From a virus, in IMG/VR virus record IMGVR_UViG_3300042294_003292, positions 8,327-72,326 of that record: a DNA stretch of 64,000 nucleotides. One strand, written 5' to 3'. Of this stretch, positions 28,790 through 38,839 are shown piece by piece; the first letter of the stretch is position 1; each line of letters starts with the position of its first letter. The translations under genes were made by a program, and so were the position numbers. Below the pieces are notes generated by a model, which worked only from the letters and a program-made list of their open reading frames with translations, made no database searches and was not told the DNA's origin.

Positions 28790-29284
28790 CTATGCTACTA
28801 ATGGCTCTTTGTTTACATGCGTTACCCAAAAATAGCTACAGGTTTCGCAGCATGGCTTGTTATCCTTGCTCATGGTTGCGATCTTGAACGAGTAGTAATA
28901 TTCTGGGTCCTTCCTGTAAAGGTTTGCCCTATGCGTTGTTATGATTCTATCACTAAATTCTGGGTTCTGCAACCACTCTGGAAACTGGCTTCCCCACAGG
29001 GATTTCTTTGATGACCTAAGAACTGCCAGGTTCTCCTCGTTCTTATCGGTTTTAATCCCACGTCTTTTGGCCTCAGCAACCATAGCCTTGGCGTAGGTAA
29101 AAAGAACATGCTCAGAACCACGCCACATTCGAACTGCTGGATGATTTCTCCAGCCAGCCTTGGGATCGTCACTAGAAAGAACTTTTAGTATCTGGTAAGT
29201 TTCTAGTATCTGTTTGTTTAACCTTCGAGAGTCTAGCGTCTTTGCTATGTCATTAAAGTTTTTTGAAGTAAGAAAGGTTTGCAA
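28790..29284 (-). CDS. pyrimidine-dimer DNA glycosylase-like protein (MSMEG_6728 family)
   Basis: MQTFL...LDSRRLNKQILE..Q...HPAVRMWRG...HRANLYRKDP. Confidence 0.85.
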   Translation of the reverse strand: MQTFLTSKNFNDIAKTLDSRRLNKQILETYQILKVLSSDDPKAGWRNHPAVRMWRGSEHVLFTYAKAMVAEAKRRGIKTDKNEENLAVLRSSKKSLWGSQFPEWLQNPEFSDRIITTHRANLYRKDPEYYYSFKIATMSKDNKPCCETCSYFWVTHVNKEPLVA

Positions 29285-29432
29285 AATTATCCTCTAACAT
29301 TTATCCTATATTTTATGTCTTAATTATAGCTCATGGCCAGCTGCATGTCAACAACATATTTTATTTATGATCAATAAGTTAGTTATTGATTATTGACAGA
29401 TAGCATTATTTTTGATATAATTGTAGCAAGGA

Positions 29433-29708
29433 GTGCCATTGCCAGAAACGCCGTTTAACATTAAAGCTGAGATTTTAGCCGATCTTTGGATGAACCATAG
29501 AGAGGCTGACATTTTTTTAGACTTTGTAGAATATAACGACCTGGGGCTTCCAGTTGCCTACCTCGTGGCTAACGGGGTTGTAGAAAGAAATAAGATTATT
29601 AATGAGTTTGTTGAAGAAACATTTTCTCTTTTATTGTCTATTCTAAACGTTGAAGACACGGGGTTTAACTCTTTGTCAGATTTAATATCGCCAGACATCT
29701 ATGATTAA
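29433..29708 (+). CDS. hypothetical protein, paralog of 23654-23935
   Basis: EILADLWMNHR...DLGLPVAY...VEDTGFNSL. Confidence 0.75.
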   Translation: MPLPETPFNIKAEILADLWMNHREADIFLDFVEYNDLGLPVAYLVANGVVERNKIINEFVEETFSLLLSILNVEDTGFNSLSDLISPDIYD

Positions 29709-29808
29709 TTGTTATAGTTTGGTATAATTGTTTTAACCCAGCTGGCTTGGGAACGGGAAATGAATGGGTCAGCTGGGCTTATACTTATAATAAAATTAGG
29801 AGAATCCC

Positions 29809-30030
29809 ATGACAATAGTATATGTAAAGCCCTCTTGTGTGCAGTGTGATGCAACAAAAAGACTTATGGACCGCCTAGGTGTTAAATATGACACTGTAGA
29901 CATCACAAAAGATGATACGGCACTAGAAAAGATTTTAAGCATGGGATTCAAGGCAGCTCCCGTTGTCATAACAGACACAGATGCCTGGTCTGGCTTTAAT
30001 CCAGACAAGGTTAGCCAGCTGGCAGCATAG
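29809..30030 (+). CDS. nrdH: NrdH-redoxin
   Basis: KPSCVQCDATKR, APVV, WSGFNPDK. Confidence 0.92.
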   Translation: MTIVYVKPSCVQCDATKRLMDRLGVKYDTVDITKDDTALEKILSMGFKAAPVVITDTDAWSGFNPDKVSQLAA

Positions 30031-30054
30031 CTTCCTGGCGTGTATAATATATCT

Positions 30055-30723
30055 ATGAGACATGAGCTTCAGAATCTAACTAAGCAAAGATTTCTTGATC
30101 TTGGCTACTCTGTAGATGAAATAGATACTGAGATATTCTTAGTCAAAGACTTTTTGACAGATGAAGAAGTTAAGACATTTTTAGACATAGCAAATTCTGC
30201 CAGCGAAGAGGATTGGTCAGTCTATTACATGGAGGGCCTTAAATCTTTTGCTAAAACAAAATTTGGACATGATGATTTGGACGAGCTTGTTGAAAGCGGT
30301 AAGCTTGAGATTACCCACAGATGGAAAGATAAAAACCTTTACGTGTCTGACCAAAGCCTGATATCTCCAATTAATGAGCGAGCATCGAAGATTGTAGAAA
30401 TCATTCCTGAATTAACATTTAATGGGATTGATGCCATTCAAAGGCAGTATGAGGGTGCAGAGCTCATTGTACACGTTGACAATCATACGGACCCATCCCT
30501 TGTATATGCTGCAATCATGTATTTAAATGATGATTATACCGATGGAGAACTAATCTTTCCTGATCGTGGCATTGAAGTAAAGCCTAAAGCAAAAACTTTA
30601 GCCATATTTCCAACCCATGAGGAATACCTGCATGGGACCAATGCTCCAGGACCAGGCCCAGTACGCTATGTTTTACCATGCTTTATTGGCATTAGAGGCT
30701 TTTACGAGACACATAGATACTAA
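30055..30723 (+). CDS. 2OG-Fe(II) oxygenase
   Basis: HVD...YLNDDYTDGELIF...H...RY. Confidence 0.9.
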   Translation: MRHELQNLTKQRFLDLGYSVDEIDTEIFLVKDFLTDEEVKTFLDIANSASEEDWSVYYMEGLKSFAKTKFGHDDLDELVESGKLEITHRWKDKNLYVSDQSLISPINERASKIVEIIPELTFNGIDAIQRQYEGAELIVHVDNHTDPSLVYAAIMYLNDDYTDGELIFPDRGIEVKPKAKTLAIFPTHEEYLHGTNAPGPGPVRYVLPCFIGIRGFYETHRY

Positions 30724-30744
30724 ACTATGTTAAAATAGAGTGTT

Positions 30745-31344
30745 ATGAGTATAAATGCATGGGGCAGAATTAGCCCTAGAAGACGTCAAAAGATGCAAGA
30801 GCTTGCAGATAGAAATGACCCTACCAAAATCACTAAAGAAAAGATTGAGGATCAAAAGAGACAGCGCTATGAGCTTCAAGAATCAAAACGTGCCCCAAAG
30901 ATTCAGGTAGATCAAAAACTAATTCTTTGGGCATGGCTAATCGGTATTGCTGCTGCCTTTATCTCATCTGCAATAGTATCGTTTAACGGCATTACGTCTG
31001 TTGCGACATTTGTTGGACTGTCACAGGCATGGATGGCAGGGCTATTCTTCTTTTTCATTGAGCTTATGTATCTATTGTTCTTGATTGCATACCTAGTCCT
31101 AGCATCACGAATTGATGAAGATGGTAACCCAGAAAAAACTGGCGGTGCTCTTATAGGAATGATTGCTTTTGGTGGCATTGCAGTTCTTGCTAATGCTTTT
31201 CATACCTTTGATTTTTGGCAGTGGGATTGGGTAGAGCCTAGGATGTGGGCAGGTATTACTCTAAGCGTTGCTGCTCCTATTGCAATTATTAGCGCATCAA
31301 AGATGGCTTCCAGGGTTGTATTCGCTAAGGCAATTAAGCTATAA
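30745..31344 (+). CDS. multi-pass membrane protein
   Basis: Four hydrophobic segments. Confidence 0.75.
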   Translation: MSINAWGRISPRRRQKMQELADRNDPTKITKEKIEDQKRQRYELQESKRAPKIQVDQKLILWAWLIGIAAAFISSAIVSFNGITSVATFVGLSQAWMAGLFFFFIELMYLLFLIAYLVLASRIDEDGNPEKTGGALIGMIAFGGIAVLANAFHTFDFWQWDWVEPRMWAGITLSVAAPIAIISASKMASRVVFAKAIKL

Positions 31345-31365
31345 CAGCTGATATAATAGTCCTGT

Positions 31366-31647
31366 ATGGTAAAGTCTGCCAAACAGCGTAAAGAATTGCA
31401 TAAGGTTTTAGAGGAATTGCACCTCTATAAAGAGAAACACGGCTGCGCAGATTGTAGAAATCACTTTCCGCATTATGTCTTAGAATTTGATCACAGGCCT
31501 GAAGAAACAAAAATAGATGTTGTCTACAGAGTATTAAGAACTTATGGGCCAGAAGCGGCCTGGTCAGAAGTCAAGAAATGTGACGTTGTTTGTGCAAACT
31601 GTCACAAGATTAGGACCTACCAGAGAGAGCAAGAGAATGAGTCTTGA
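31366..31647 (+). CDS. HNH endonuclease
   Basis: CADC...LEFDH...CANCH. Confidence 0.85.
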   Translation: MVKSAKQRKELHKVLEELHLYKEKHGCADCRNHFPHYVLEFDHRPEETKIDVVYRVLRTYGPEAAWSEVKKCDVVCANCHKIRTYQREQENES

Positions 31648-31769
31648 AGATGAGATTAAAAATATATTATTTGAGATTGGCAAAGATATAAAGGTTCACA
31701 AGCTAATTGATGGCAATCTTATTATAGAAATAGATTACGAAAAATACTCAAACGAGATATTGGAACTAT

Positions 31770-32735
31770 TTAAAAAATATCGTTAAGAGGTTTAGACTTT
31801 GTATAGTCTTTTCCGAAGTCAGCAAAGATATACTTGTCTTTCATTCTTTGGACTATCTTTCTTGACCAAGAATACCCAGCATCTCCGCCCCAGGCAAGCC
31901 ACATAATGTACCCATTAGACGGATTGGCTGTGTTACCCCAGTCCTTGCCTTTCTTGTCTACTTCGTGACGAGAAAAGTAAGAATACATACGCTTTACAGT
32001 GCTTAGCGATAGTGTCTCTCCATTAGCCAGTTGTCTAGCTCGTGTCCATCCAACTGCAGTTCCTGCGCCTTTGGCCTTGCCATCTTCTTTGAACTTGATA
32101 GCACGACGAGCAGCAGAACGAGCCCCAGCAGGAGGAGAGTAGCCTTCAGCTTTATCCATATATTCATCATCTTCATAATCTTCCATACTAATATTTGGCA
32201 TGTTAATTCTTTGTATATCAGACATTAGCGCTCCGATAGAATATGGGGTATAGTAGTATACTCCATCTTCTTCCTCTAGCATTCTAATGGCTACGGCTGG
32301 ATTTTCTGGAGTAGACTCTACAGCGTAAGGATTTCCTGGCTGACCGTATGTTCCGCCCTCAACCATGATATGCTCAACCTGGCCAACGACTGGTCCCTCG
32401 GTTGTCATTGCAATAACAAAATCTCCCTCAGTAATTGGAGACTCTGCTTTAGAAACTGGAACACAGTTTGGAACCATTCTTCCACCCTTGCCTGGCTTCA
32501 TGCCTCTTTGAGTATAGCCTTCCCAGCATGGATCCGCCTTAGATACTGGCCACTCTTGTGGGTCTTCGATGCCAACGCCCTTGTCTCCAATGTTGCCTTC
32601 TGATTGATTAATAGCATAAATTTGATTAGCTGCTTCTTCAGCTGTTTTGTGGCAACCCATTACGGTTCCATCATCTTTTACCGCAGGGTAGCCTGAGCAA
32701 CCGTACGATCCCTTTTCTCCAACGTGATATGGCAT
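31770..32735 (-). CDS. modular phage protein, possibly head-associated
   Basis: CWEGY...VPNCVP module and RARQLANG...KRMYSYFSRH...WLAWGGDAG module. Confidence 0.65.
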   Translation of the reverse strand: MPYHVGEKGSYGCSGYPAVKDDGTVMGCHKTAEEAANQIYAINQSEGNIGDKGVGIEDPQEWPVSKADPCWEGYTQRGMKPGKGGRMVPNCVPVSKAESPITEGDFVIAMTTEGPVVGQVEHIMVEGGTYGQPGNPYAVESTPENPAVAIRMLEEEDGVYYYTPYSIGALMSDIQRINMPNISMEDYEDDEYMDKAEGYSPPAGARSAARRAIKFKEDGKAKGAGTAVGWTRARQLANGETLSLSTVKRMYSYFSRHEVDKKGKDWGNTANPSNGYIMWLAWGGDAGYSWSRKIVQRMKDKYIFADFGKDYTKSKPLNDIF

Positions 32736-32750
32736 GACTATATTGTACCA

Positions 32751-34280
32751 CTATTCGGCTATATATGTACCAGAAATGTGGAAGTTGTCTGCTACGTTAA
32801 GGGTGACTGGTGTGCTGTGGGTGAAGAGCTCGTCTTGACCATTTGATCCAGTGTAATTTAGGAATAGCCTGTTTGTTCCTGCCTGGACATGGCCACCTAC
32901 CGAATACTGATTGTTTGCAGATATATCGTGCAGGCACCCATCATTAAGCTGGTAAGCGTACTTAGCATTAAATGGCAAGTCAACGTAGTATTGTCCAGTT
33001 CCAAAGTTAGTAATATTATCCATATCTACCTGAATCTCAAAGTGAACTAGTGGGCCAGTCTTAACATAATTTCCAGTGAAAAGTGGGGCTCCGTTAAAGG
33101 TTGGCTGTGTTCCAGCAGTACCGCCATTAACTGTAAATGACACTTCTACTGGTGCTGAATTAGAGATATCTCCAATAGTTGCAATTTGGTTGTTTGGATT
33201 AGATGAGTCATGTAAGTACTCTCCGTTACTTTCTCCACCACTAATAACAAGATTTTGATCTGCCTGAACTTCTAAATTACCGTCATCATTTATAATACCT
33301 GTGACACGTAGATAACCTGTTTCTGTAGGTCCATTTAGGTAACCTGTTTTGTTGAAGTTCCAGAAATGAGTTCCGTTATCTCTAGTGAATGTATAGTTGG
33401 CATTTTGTATAAAACCAATACTTGGGGTAGTTTCATAAGAAGTAGTTCCATTTGGTTCATCTCTAATTACGCTAGTAATTATATGCTTCTGACCATTGAT
33501 GATTGTAAAGTCATTAATGTCTGGCTCAGCCATTGCAGTCGCTACTACATAGATCTGATCTCCCTGGCCAATATTCTGGTATGTCCAAACGTAATCTTCT
33601 TGCTTTGACTGAACAACAGTGGTTCCGTCTGTGTCAGAAACACGAACTCCTGCACGCTCTCCGCCAAGGATTAAGTCTGCATTTGAATAATCTTGTACTC
33701 CACCTGCACGAATGTGAATGTGGTTTGGTCCAGTTGGGTCAATAATTATATACTGATCTCCACCATTCCAAATTAAATCGTCATCTGGAACAAGTTTAAG
33801 TGTGTCATTTCCAGATCCGTCACCAGAACTATTTAGTGGATTTTCAATATACCCTGCACCAGGAAGTTGGAACTTTCCTTCTGAATCCATTCTCCAGTAA
33901 TAAGCTGTTTCAGACTCAGCATTTTCGTGTCCTGCTGAGAATCTAATATCGTCTGCTGCCTCAAGATGAATATCATCTCCTGCTCCAAGAGTTTGAATGT
34001 AAAGGTCATCTCCAGCAGTTAGGTATAGATCGCTATCTGCTCCTGCTTCAATTTTCATACTCTTATCGCCTGGAAGAGTTATTGAGCTATTCCAGTCATT
34101 ATCTGTAAAAATAAAGTCTGCAATGTTTGCAGTTCCGCCACCACCAAGAGAATCTAACCACTCTTGCTCTGTACCAACAAAACCATTGGCTACTGCAATT
34201 TCGTATGCGGAATCACCAGCTGGACCAGTTGGTCCTGGAATTCCAGAGCCTCCGCCTGCCCCGCCAGAAAATCTAGCCAT
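32751..34280 (-). CDS. tail fibre / receptor-binding-like protein
   Basis: SAYEIAVANGFVGTEQEWL motif, Gly-rich beta repeats, C-terminal head-like domain. Confidence 0.7.
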   Translation of the reverse strand: MARFSGGAGGGSGIPGPTGPAGDSAYEIAVANGFVGTEQEWLDSLGGGGTANIADFIFTDNDWNSSITLPGDKSMKIEAGADSDLYLTAGDDLYIQTLGAGDDIHLEAADDIRFSAGHENAESETAYYWRMDSEGKFQLPGAGYIENPLNSSGDGSGNDTLKLVPDDDLIWNGGDQYIIIDPTGPNHIHIRAGGVQDYSNADLILGGERAGVRVSDTDGTTVVQSKQEDYVWTYQNIGQGDQIYVVATAMAEPDINDFTIINGQKHIITSVIRDEPNGTTSYETTPSIGFIQNANYTFTRDNGTHFWNFNKTGYLNGPTETGYLRVTGIINDDGNLEVQADQNLVISGGESNGEYLHDSSNPNNQIATIGDISNSAPVEVSFTVNGGTAGTQPTFNGAPLFTGNYVKTGPLVHFEIQVDMDNITNFGTGQYYVDLPFNAKYAYQLNDGCLHDISANNQYSVGGHVQAGTNRLFLNYTGSNGQDELFTHSTPVTLNVADNFHISGTYIAE

Positions 34281-34564
34281 TAGTTGCCACTCTCTAAGTT
34301 AGTCTTTAGCACTGCAACATACGATTGTTCTGCGTCAGTAGTTGCATATAACGCATCTGTTCCTGGCAGCTCAAAAGAAATAGCTGAGCCAGGATTCAGT
34401 CGGTATCCGAAATTTTCAGAATTTAAAGTATCTTCACCACCGATGTAAACATAGGCAGCAGAGTCAACATTCTGAATAGTAATGTCCATTCCAGAATGAA
34501 TTCCGTTAGGTGTGAGTCTTGTGGCTGTCCCACTGGACAGGCTAATGGTTGCGTGTATAGTCAT
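34280..34564 (-). CDS. small structural protein
   Basis: IQN...VYIGG...GYRL beta-sandwich pattern. Confidence 0.6.
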   Translation of the reverse strand: MTIHATISLSSGTATRLTPNGIHSGMDITIQNVDSAAYVYIGGEDTLNSENFGYRLNPGSAISFELPGTDALYATTDAEQSYVAVLKTNLESGN

Positions 34565-34690
34565 AGTAAGATTATACTACTAATATTAAAACCCCTATAC
34601 AGAACCTACATCTGGCCGCTTTGTAAAATGGTAACTACTCATCCTAAGTTTGCGTCCTTGTCCTGTATAGGGGACGTTTATATTATAGTA

Positions 34691-35332
34691 TTATTTCTTA
34701 AAGCCTGGAACAGGGTTTACAAGTTTCTTCTTCTTCCCTGGCTTTTTCTTTGCTGTTAGATGATCAACATCTAGACTTGGAGCAGCCTCACTTGGAGCAC
34801 CATCGTCTGGAGTTATCTCAGCTGCAGATGCCTTAAGCTTTTCAAAGGCCATTACAGCCTCTACGAAAGCAATTGGACTAACAAATCCTTTGCCATTTAG
34901 GTCCCACCTATGAACTCTTCCCTCAACAATTTCAAAGTGCAAATGTCTTCCAGCTGAGGCACCAGTGTTCCCCATGATTCCAAGAATTGTTCCAGCTTCA
35001 ACCTTTTGACCAGTCTTAACCTTTAAAGAACCCTCTGCCATGTGGCCATATCTTGTTACATACCACTTGCCGTCAATCTTAGAACGAAGATCAACGTAGT
35101 ATCCGACACCGCCAAGAGAGCCATCTGAGTTTTTTAACTTTGAGGTTCCAGCATACACAACTGTTCCGTCGTGCCACGCTTCGCAGTATATCTTAGGATT
35201 TGATCCCCAGATGTCATCGCCGTTATGATGTTTTTTCGTTTTTTCGATGGGATGTATCCTCCATCCGAAGGGGCTTGTGATTTTCCAAGCTTTGCCCTTT
35301 TTGCCATCTATGGGGTACTGTGTTTTTGCCAT
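34691..35332 (-). CDS. M23 peptidase
   Basis: HNGDD, YGHM, GNTGASAGRHLHFE. Confidence 0.92.
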   Translation of the reverse strand: MAKTQYPIDGKKGKAWKITSPFGWRIHPIEKTKKHHNGDDIWGSNPKIYCEAWHDGTVVYAGTSKLKNSDGSLGGVGYYVDLRSKIDGKWYVTRYGHMAEGSLKVKTGQKVEAGTILGIMGNTGASAGRHLHFEIVEGRVHRWDLNGKGFVSPIAFVEAVMAFEKLKASAAEITPDDGAPSEAAPSLDVDHLTAKKKPGKKKKLVNPVPGFKK

Positions 35333-35400
35333 TTTTTCTCCTTACACGAGTAAAATTATGTTCCTTTTATGGAACGTAGTCTCATTATAGCAGAAAAAAG

Positions 35401-35427
35401 TGGGCCTTTTTGCTCATGCCCAGGAGC
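35401..35427 (-). ncRNA. 3'-UTR pseudoknot motif after hsp20
   Basis: GCTC-CT-GGGCA-T-GAGC-AAAAAG-GCCC. Confidence 0.65.
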
Positions 35428-35433
35428 TTGTTG

Positions 35434-35832
35434 CTAACTGATTTCTATTTTCTTTGGCTTCTTTTCTTCTGGAACACGCTTGTACAAATCAATGTACAAG
35501 ATTCCATCAATCATAGATGCCCTGTCTACCTCAAAGTATTCTGGCAGACTAAATGATCGTGAGAACTTGCGTCCCGCAATGCCCTTGTGAACATAGTTGG
35601 CACCCTCGTCCTCCTGACGCTCACCCTTAACTGTTAGCACGTCCTTCTCTACCGAGATATCAATGCCTTTCTGGTTAAATCCAGCAACGGCAAACTCTAA
35701 GACGTAGTGTTCGTCTGAGATTTTGTTGACGTTGTATGGTGGGTAAGTTGCCTTTGATGGCTGTCCTGTGTAGAATACCTTCTCAAATTCCTGAGCAAGG
35801 TTTCCAATAAATGGGTCATTAAAAATAACCAT
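35434..35832 (-). CDS. small heat-shock protein Hsp20
   Basis: YPPYNV...AVAGF...HKGIAGRKFSRSF...DGILYIDL. Confidence 0.95.
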   Translation of the reverse strand: MVIFNDPFIGNLAQEFEKVFYTGQPSKATYPPYNVNKISDEHYVLEFAVAGFNQKGIDISVEKDVLTVKGERQEDEGANYVHKGIAGRKFSRSFSLPEYFEVDRASMIDGILYIDLYKRVPEEKKPKKIEIS

Positions 35833-35841
35833 ATGTATCAT

Positions 35842-35859
35842 CTCCTTATATTAAGCGAG
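35842..35859 (-). promoter_or_regulatory. ROSE-like RNA thermometer hairpin
   Basis: CUCGCUUA pairs with UAAGGAG (SD) leaving a bulged G. Confidence 0.65.
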
Positions 35860-36110
35860 TTAATTGCCCCCAAATGGCAGGCATGTTAATTATATCACAA
35901 CTCAGGGAAAAGCAATAGCCCGAATTACCAAAGGCTTAGGCCCTTTTCCAGGACATCAAAGTGAAAGGAACAAACAGACAGCTCCCTGTCTGTAGATTCA
36001 AATATGACTGTTGCATCATTTTCGCAGCGAGAGATTGCACATAATCCATTGAGGCAGTCCAAATTGTCTGCATTGTTCTTTAGTCCTAGCATTCTAATAT
36101 TATAGCATGA

Positions 36111-36488
36111 CTAGTCTTGTGTCTTATTTGGAAGAAGTTCCTTTATCTTTTTATATGCTTTGATTGCTTCTTCGTCTGCGACTTTTGAAAAAACAGGATC
36201 TGCCTTAGCAATAAAGTCAGAGATGTCTTGCTGTGCAGACTCAATGTATTCAAATGCAGCATCTCTTGACTCAGACAAAAACCTTATGAATCCATCAGAG
36301 CGAGTAAGCTCATTCTCTTTGACAGACTTTTCTAGGTTGTCAATTACCGCCATCTTGTCAATTTCTAGCTGAACCATTGCCATCAGGCTTTTCTTGTACT
36401 TATGCCTAATTCTAAAGTTGTCTACAACTAAAACAGAAATAATAATCGCAATAACTATTAGTGCCAGGACATCAAATAGGTTAGGCAT
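36111..36488 (-). CDS. membrane-anchored hypothetical protein
   Basis: N-terminal TM helix; FLSESRDAAFEYIE. Confidence 0.7.
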   Translation of the reverse strand: MPNLFDVLALIVIAIIISVLVVDNFRIRHKYKKSLMAMVQLEIDKMAVIDNLEKSVKENELTRSDGFIRFLSESRDAAFEYIESAQQDISDFIAKADPVFSKVADEEAIKAYKKIKELLPNKTQD

Positions 36489-36726
36489 CTGGTTTACCGC
36501 CTTCTCTAACCAAAAGAACTATTGCGCCGTTTTGCTCAAGAGCCTTCTTTACTCTGACCATGTAGTCTATTGCAAGTCTCTTGTCCCTGTCTGCTAAACT
36601 AAAAAACTCTTTTTCTGGAGCAACGACTGTTAGGAAGTTGTCGTTGTCAACTATCTTGACACCAAAGCCCTTTGGGCTATAGTGATCTAGGGACCTGACT
36701 GCTCTCCTCATCTCGTCCGTATACAT
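36481..36726 (-). CDS. hypothetical protein
   Basis: 81-aa ORF in operon. Confidence 0.7.
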   Translation of the reverse strand: MYTDEMRRAVRSLDHYSPKGFGVKIVDNDNFLTVVAPEKEFFSLADRDKRLAIDYMVRVKKALEQNGAIVLLVREGGKPDA

Positions 36727-36730
36727 CTAA

Positions 36731-37021
36731 TTACTTCCCCTTATCCATTGTAAGAACTTCCCAGGTTTTTGCCCAGTCCTTCTTATTTCTATGACGATTA
36801 AATTCTTTTGATATTTTTCCAGCTTCTAGGTATACACCACCCCAAACACCCCACTCTTTCTGTGAGATGCCCACAGCAAAACACTGCCTTGCTACTGGGC
36901 ACCCAGAACAAAGCTGGTCTATAGCTGGACGTAAGAGTTCGTCTTCTTCGTATGTATCAAAAAATAAATTAGTATCATAATCACGACAAGAGGAATCATC
37001 TTTCCACTTGCCACTATCCAT
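36731..37021 (-). CDS. whiB: WhiB-family transcription factor
   Basis: Four Cys (C..CSGCP..C) and WGVWGG motif. Confidence 0.92.
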   Translation of the reverse strand: MDSGKWKDDSSCRDYDTNLFFDTYEEDELLRPAIDQLCSGCPVARQCFAVGISQKEWGVWGGVYLEAGKISKEFNRHRNKKDWAKTWEVLTMDKGK

Positions 37022-37232
37022 TTTTGTTTAGGAATCCCTCTGGTACAGACCATCCCTTTTCAGAAACTGGGTATCTTTTTTGAACATACCACTTTCCAGA
37101 TACTAAAACTCCATCACGCTTCTTCCAAGCAGAGTAGTCTGGAATTCTTAGAATTACATCCCATCCATCCCAGGACAACCTCTTGTTGCCTCGAACGATT
37201 GATTCCATCTTTTCAAGAGACTTTACTAACAT
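37014..37232 (-). CDS. hypothetical protein
   Basis: LSWDGWDV motif. Confidence 0.65.
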   Translation of the reverse strand: MLVKSLEKMESIVRGNKRLSWDGWDVILRIPDYSAWKKRDGVLVSGKWYVQKRYPVSEKGWSVPEGFLNKNG

Positions 37233-37288
37233 GATCTTTCCTATGTTTTTATTATTTTTATTTAGCATTGCACATTCCGCTTGCTAAA

Positions 37289-37639
37289 TTATAGATACCT
37301 ATAAACATCGTTTTTGATATCTTTTGCAGATAAGAAGTTAACGATTTCTGGGATTGATTCTTTAGCGTTGCAAAAATATGCAAATTGATCAACCACTGGA
37401 TGATTTGTCTTAAACCATTTAAGAGGGACACGCACTAGCTTTGTCTTTATTCCTCTTGACTTAAAGTTTGAAACATTCAAATATTCTTCTGCCATCTGCG
37501 TTACACGATACGGTCCTGCAGAAAATATTACAAACTCTCTATTTTCTGAGTCCCTCATTGAGTACAATGCTCTGGCCATTCCAGATAGGAATATGTTATA
37601 GTCATTGAAGTTTTTACTTCCATGAATTCCCAAGATCAT
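37289..37639 (-). CDS. SLOG/YspA-like protein
   Basis: GIHGSKNFNDY N-terminus. Confidence 0.5.
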   Translation of the reverse strand: MILGIHGSKNFNDYNIFLSGMARALYSMRDSENREFVIFSAGPYRVTQMAEEYLNVSNFKSRGIKTKLVRVPLKWFKTNHPVVDQFAYFCNAKESIPEIVNFLSAKDIKNDVYRYL

Positions 37640-38039
37640 TTCTGTTCTGCCCTTCGTTTAGCTTGTCTACAATAAACATCATGTCTTTTAATTCTACCTT
37701 ATCCATAGACATAATGTCAAGTGTTTTTGTGGATTTTTCGTCTACGATTCCGTTGACCAATTCTGCTGAGTATATAGAGTTATCCTTTATCCAGTAGGCC
37801 TTGCCTTTAAAGAATAGAACCTTTTGGTGTCTGCTATCAAAGAACTTGGTAGACTGAGTCGTTAGCTCTTTTCTGCCCATGCCCTCTTCGATAGAGAATA
37901 GAGAGGTCCCCAGGAGGCTAAATATGTGACTTTGTCTATAGCGAACTCTCATAATTGGCTCATTGACAGTCTTAGAAAAGATCTTTGCCAATACAAATAA
38001 GCTTGCAGTTGCGACTATTGCTCCAATTAAGTATTCCAC
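37614..38039 (-). CDS. membrane-anchored hypothetical protein
   Basis: N-terminal TM helix. Confidence 0.7.
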   Translation of the reverse strand: MEYLIGAIVATASLFVLAKIFSKTVNEPIMRVRYRQSHIFSLLGTSLFSIEEGMGRKELTTQSTKFFDSRHQKVLFFKGKAYWIKDNSIYSAELVNGIVDEKSTKTLDIMSMDKVELKDMMFIVDKLNEGQNRNDLGNSWK

Positions 38040-38050
38040 CTAGTCACCTC

Positions 38051-38395
38051 TCAGCCATTGTTTTCACGAAATGCACGAACTATTTCTTGTAAAGTGTTTC
38101 TGTGGTCAGCATCTAGCTTAGCCACCTCTACTGGATCAAAGGCTTTCTTTAGCAGGTGAACCAGGGGATTTTCTTCAAATATATTAATGTCCAAAAACCC
38201 TAGCTCCCAAAGCTTCATAACCTCTTTGTAGAATAAGTCATTAAACCTATCATACATTTTAGGGTCCTGAGACCTCAGCTTATCTGTGATAGAGTAAAGC
38301 ATTTCTCCAGTTACGGGGTCTATGCCAGCAAACTCTACCGCACCAGACAGAATTAAATCTTGTAGATACTCGTCATCACTGGTGCTCATATGCAA
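38051..38395 (-). CDS. hypothetical protein
   Basis: 114-aa ORF in operon. Confidence 0.7.
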   Translation of the reverse strand: MHMSTSDDEYLQDLILSGAVEFAGIDPVTGEMLYSITDKLRSQDPKMYDRFNDLFYKEVMKLWELGFLDINIFEENPLVHLLKKAFDPVEVAKLDADHRNTLQEIVRAFRENNG

Positions 38396-38406
38396 ACCTG
38401 CCTAAA

Positions 38407-38649
38407 CTAGTCTTCTATTAGTCGATTATTTGAGCTTAGCTTTTCACGTTCATCAATTATTTGATACGCAAACTTCATCATCTTGTCGTAGCCAACGGCA
38501 TTATCAACAATAAGATTGTAGTGATGTGCACAGAACAAAAGCTCTCCAGAGACTCCAATTGCTTTTACATAAGCTTGGGCACCACAATTTCCAGTGTCAC
38601 ACCTATCATTAGCTGTTAACTCTACTTCTTGTATAGTTTCAGTCTTCAT
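38407..38649 (-). CDS. small zinc-binding protein
   Basis: DRCD..CGAQA...LLFCAHH. Confidence 0.75.
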   Translation of the reverse strand: MKTETIQEVELTANDRCDTGNCGAQAYVKAIGVSGELLFCAHHYNLIVDNAVGYDKMMKFAYQIIDEREKLSSNNRLIED

Positions 38650-38650
38650 G

Positions 38651-38833
38651 CTACTTTCCTTTATCTGTTGAATAAAAACCACTGCCACTAAAAGTGACAC
38701 CAACAGATGAATAAATTCTAACTAGTTTTTTATTACAGTTATCGCAAAAATAATCTGGCTCTGGTTCTGTAATACCCCGCACTTTTACATGCGGGGTATC
38801 GCAGTCTCCACAGCGATATTCATATACCGCCAT
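38651..38833 (-). CDS. FmdB-family zinc-ribbon protein
   Basis: YEYRCGDC...CDNC...FSGSGFYSTD. Confidence 0.9.
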   Translation of the reverse strand: MAVYEYRCGDCDTPHVKVRGITEPEPDYFCDNCNKKLVRIYSSVGVTFSGSGFYSTDKGK

Positions 38834-38839
38834 AATTAG

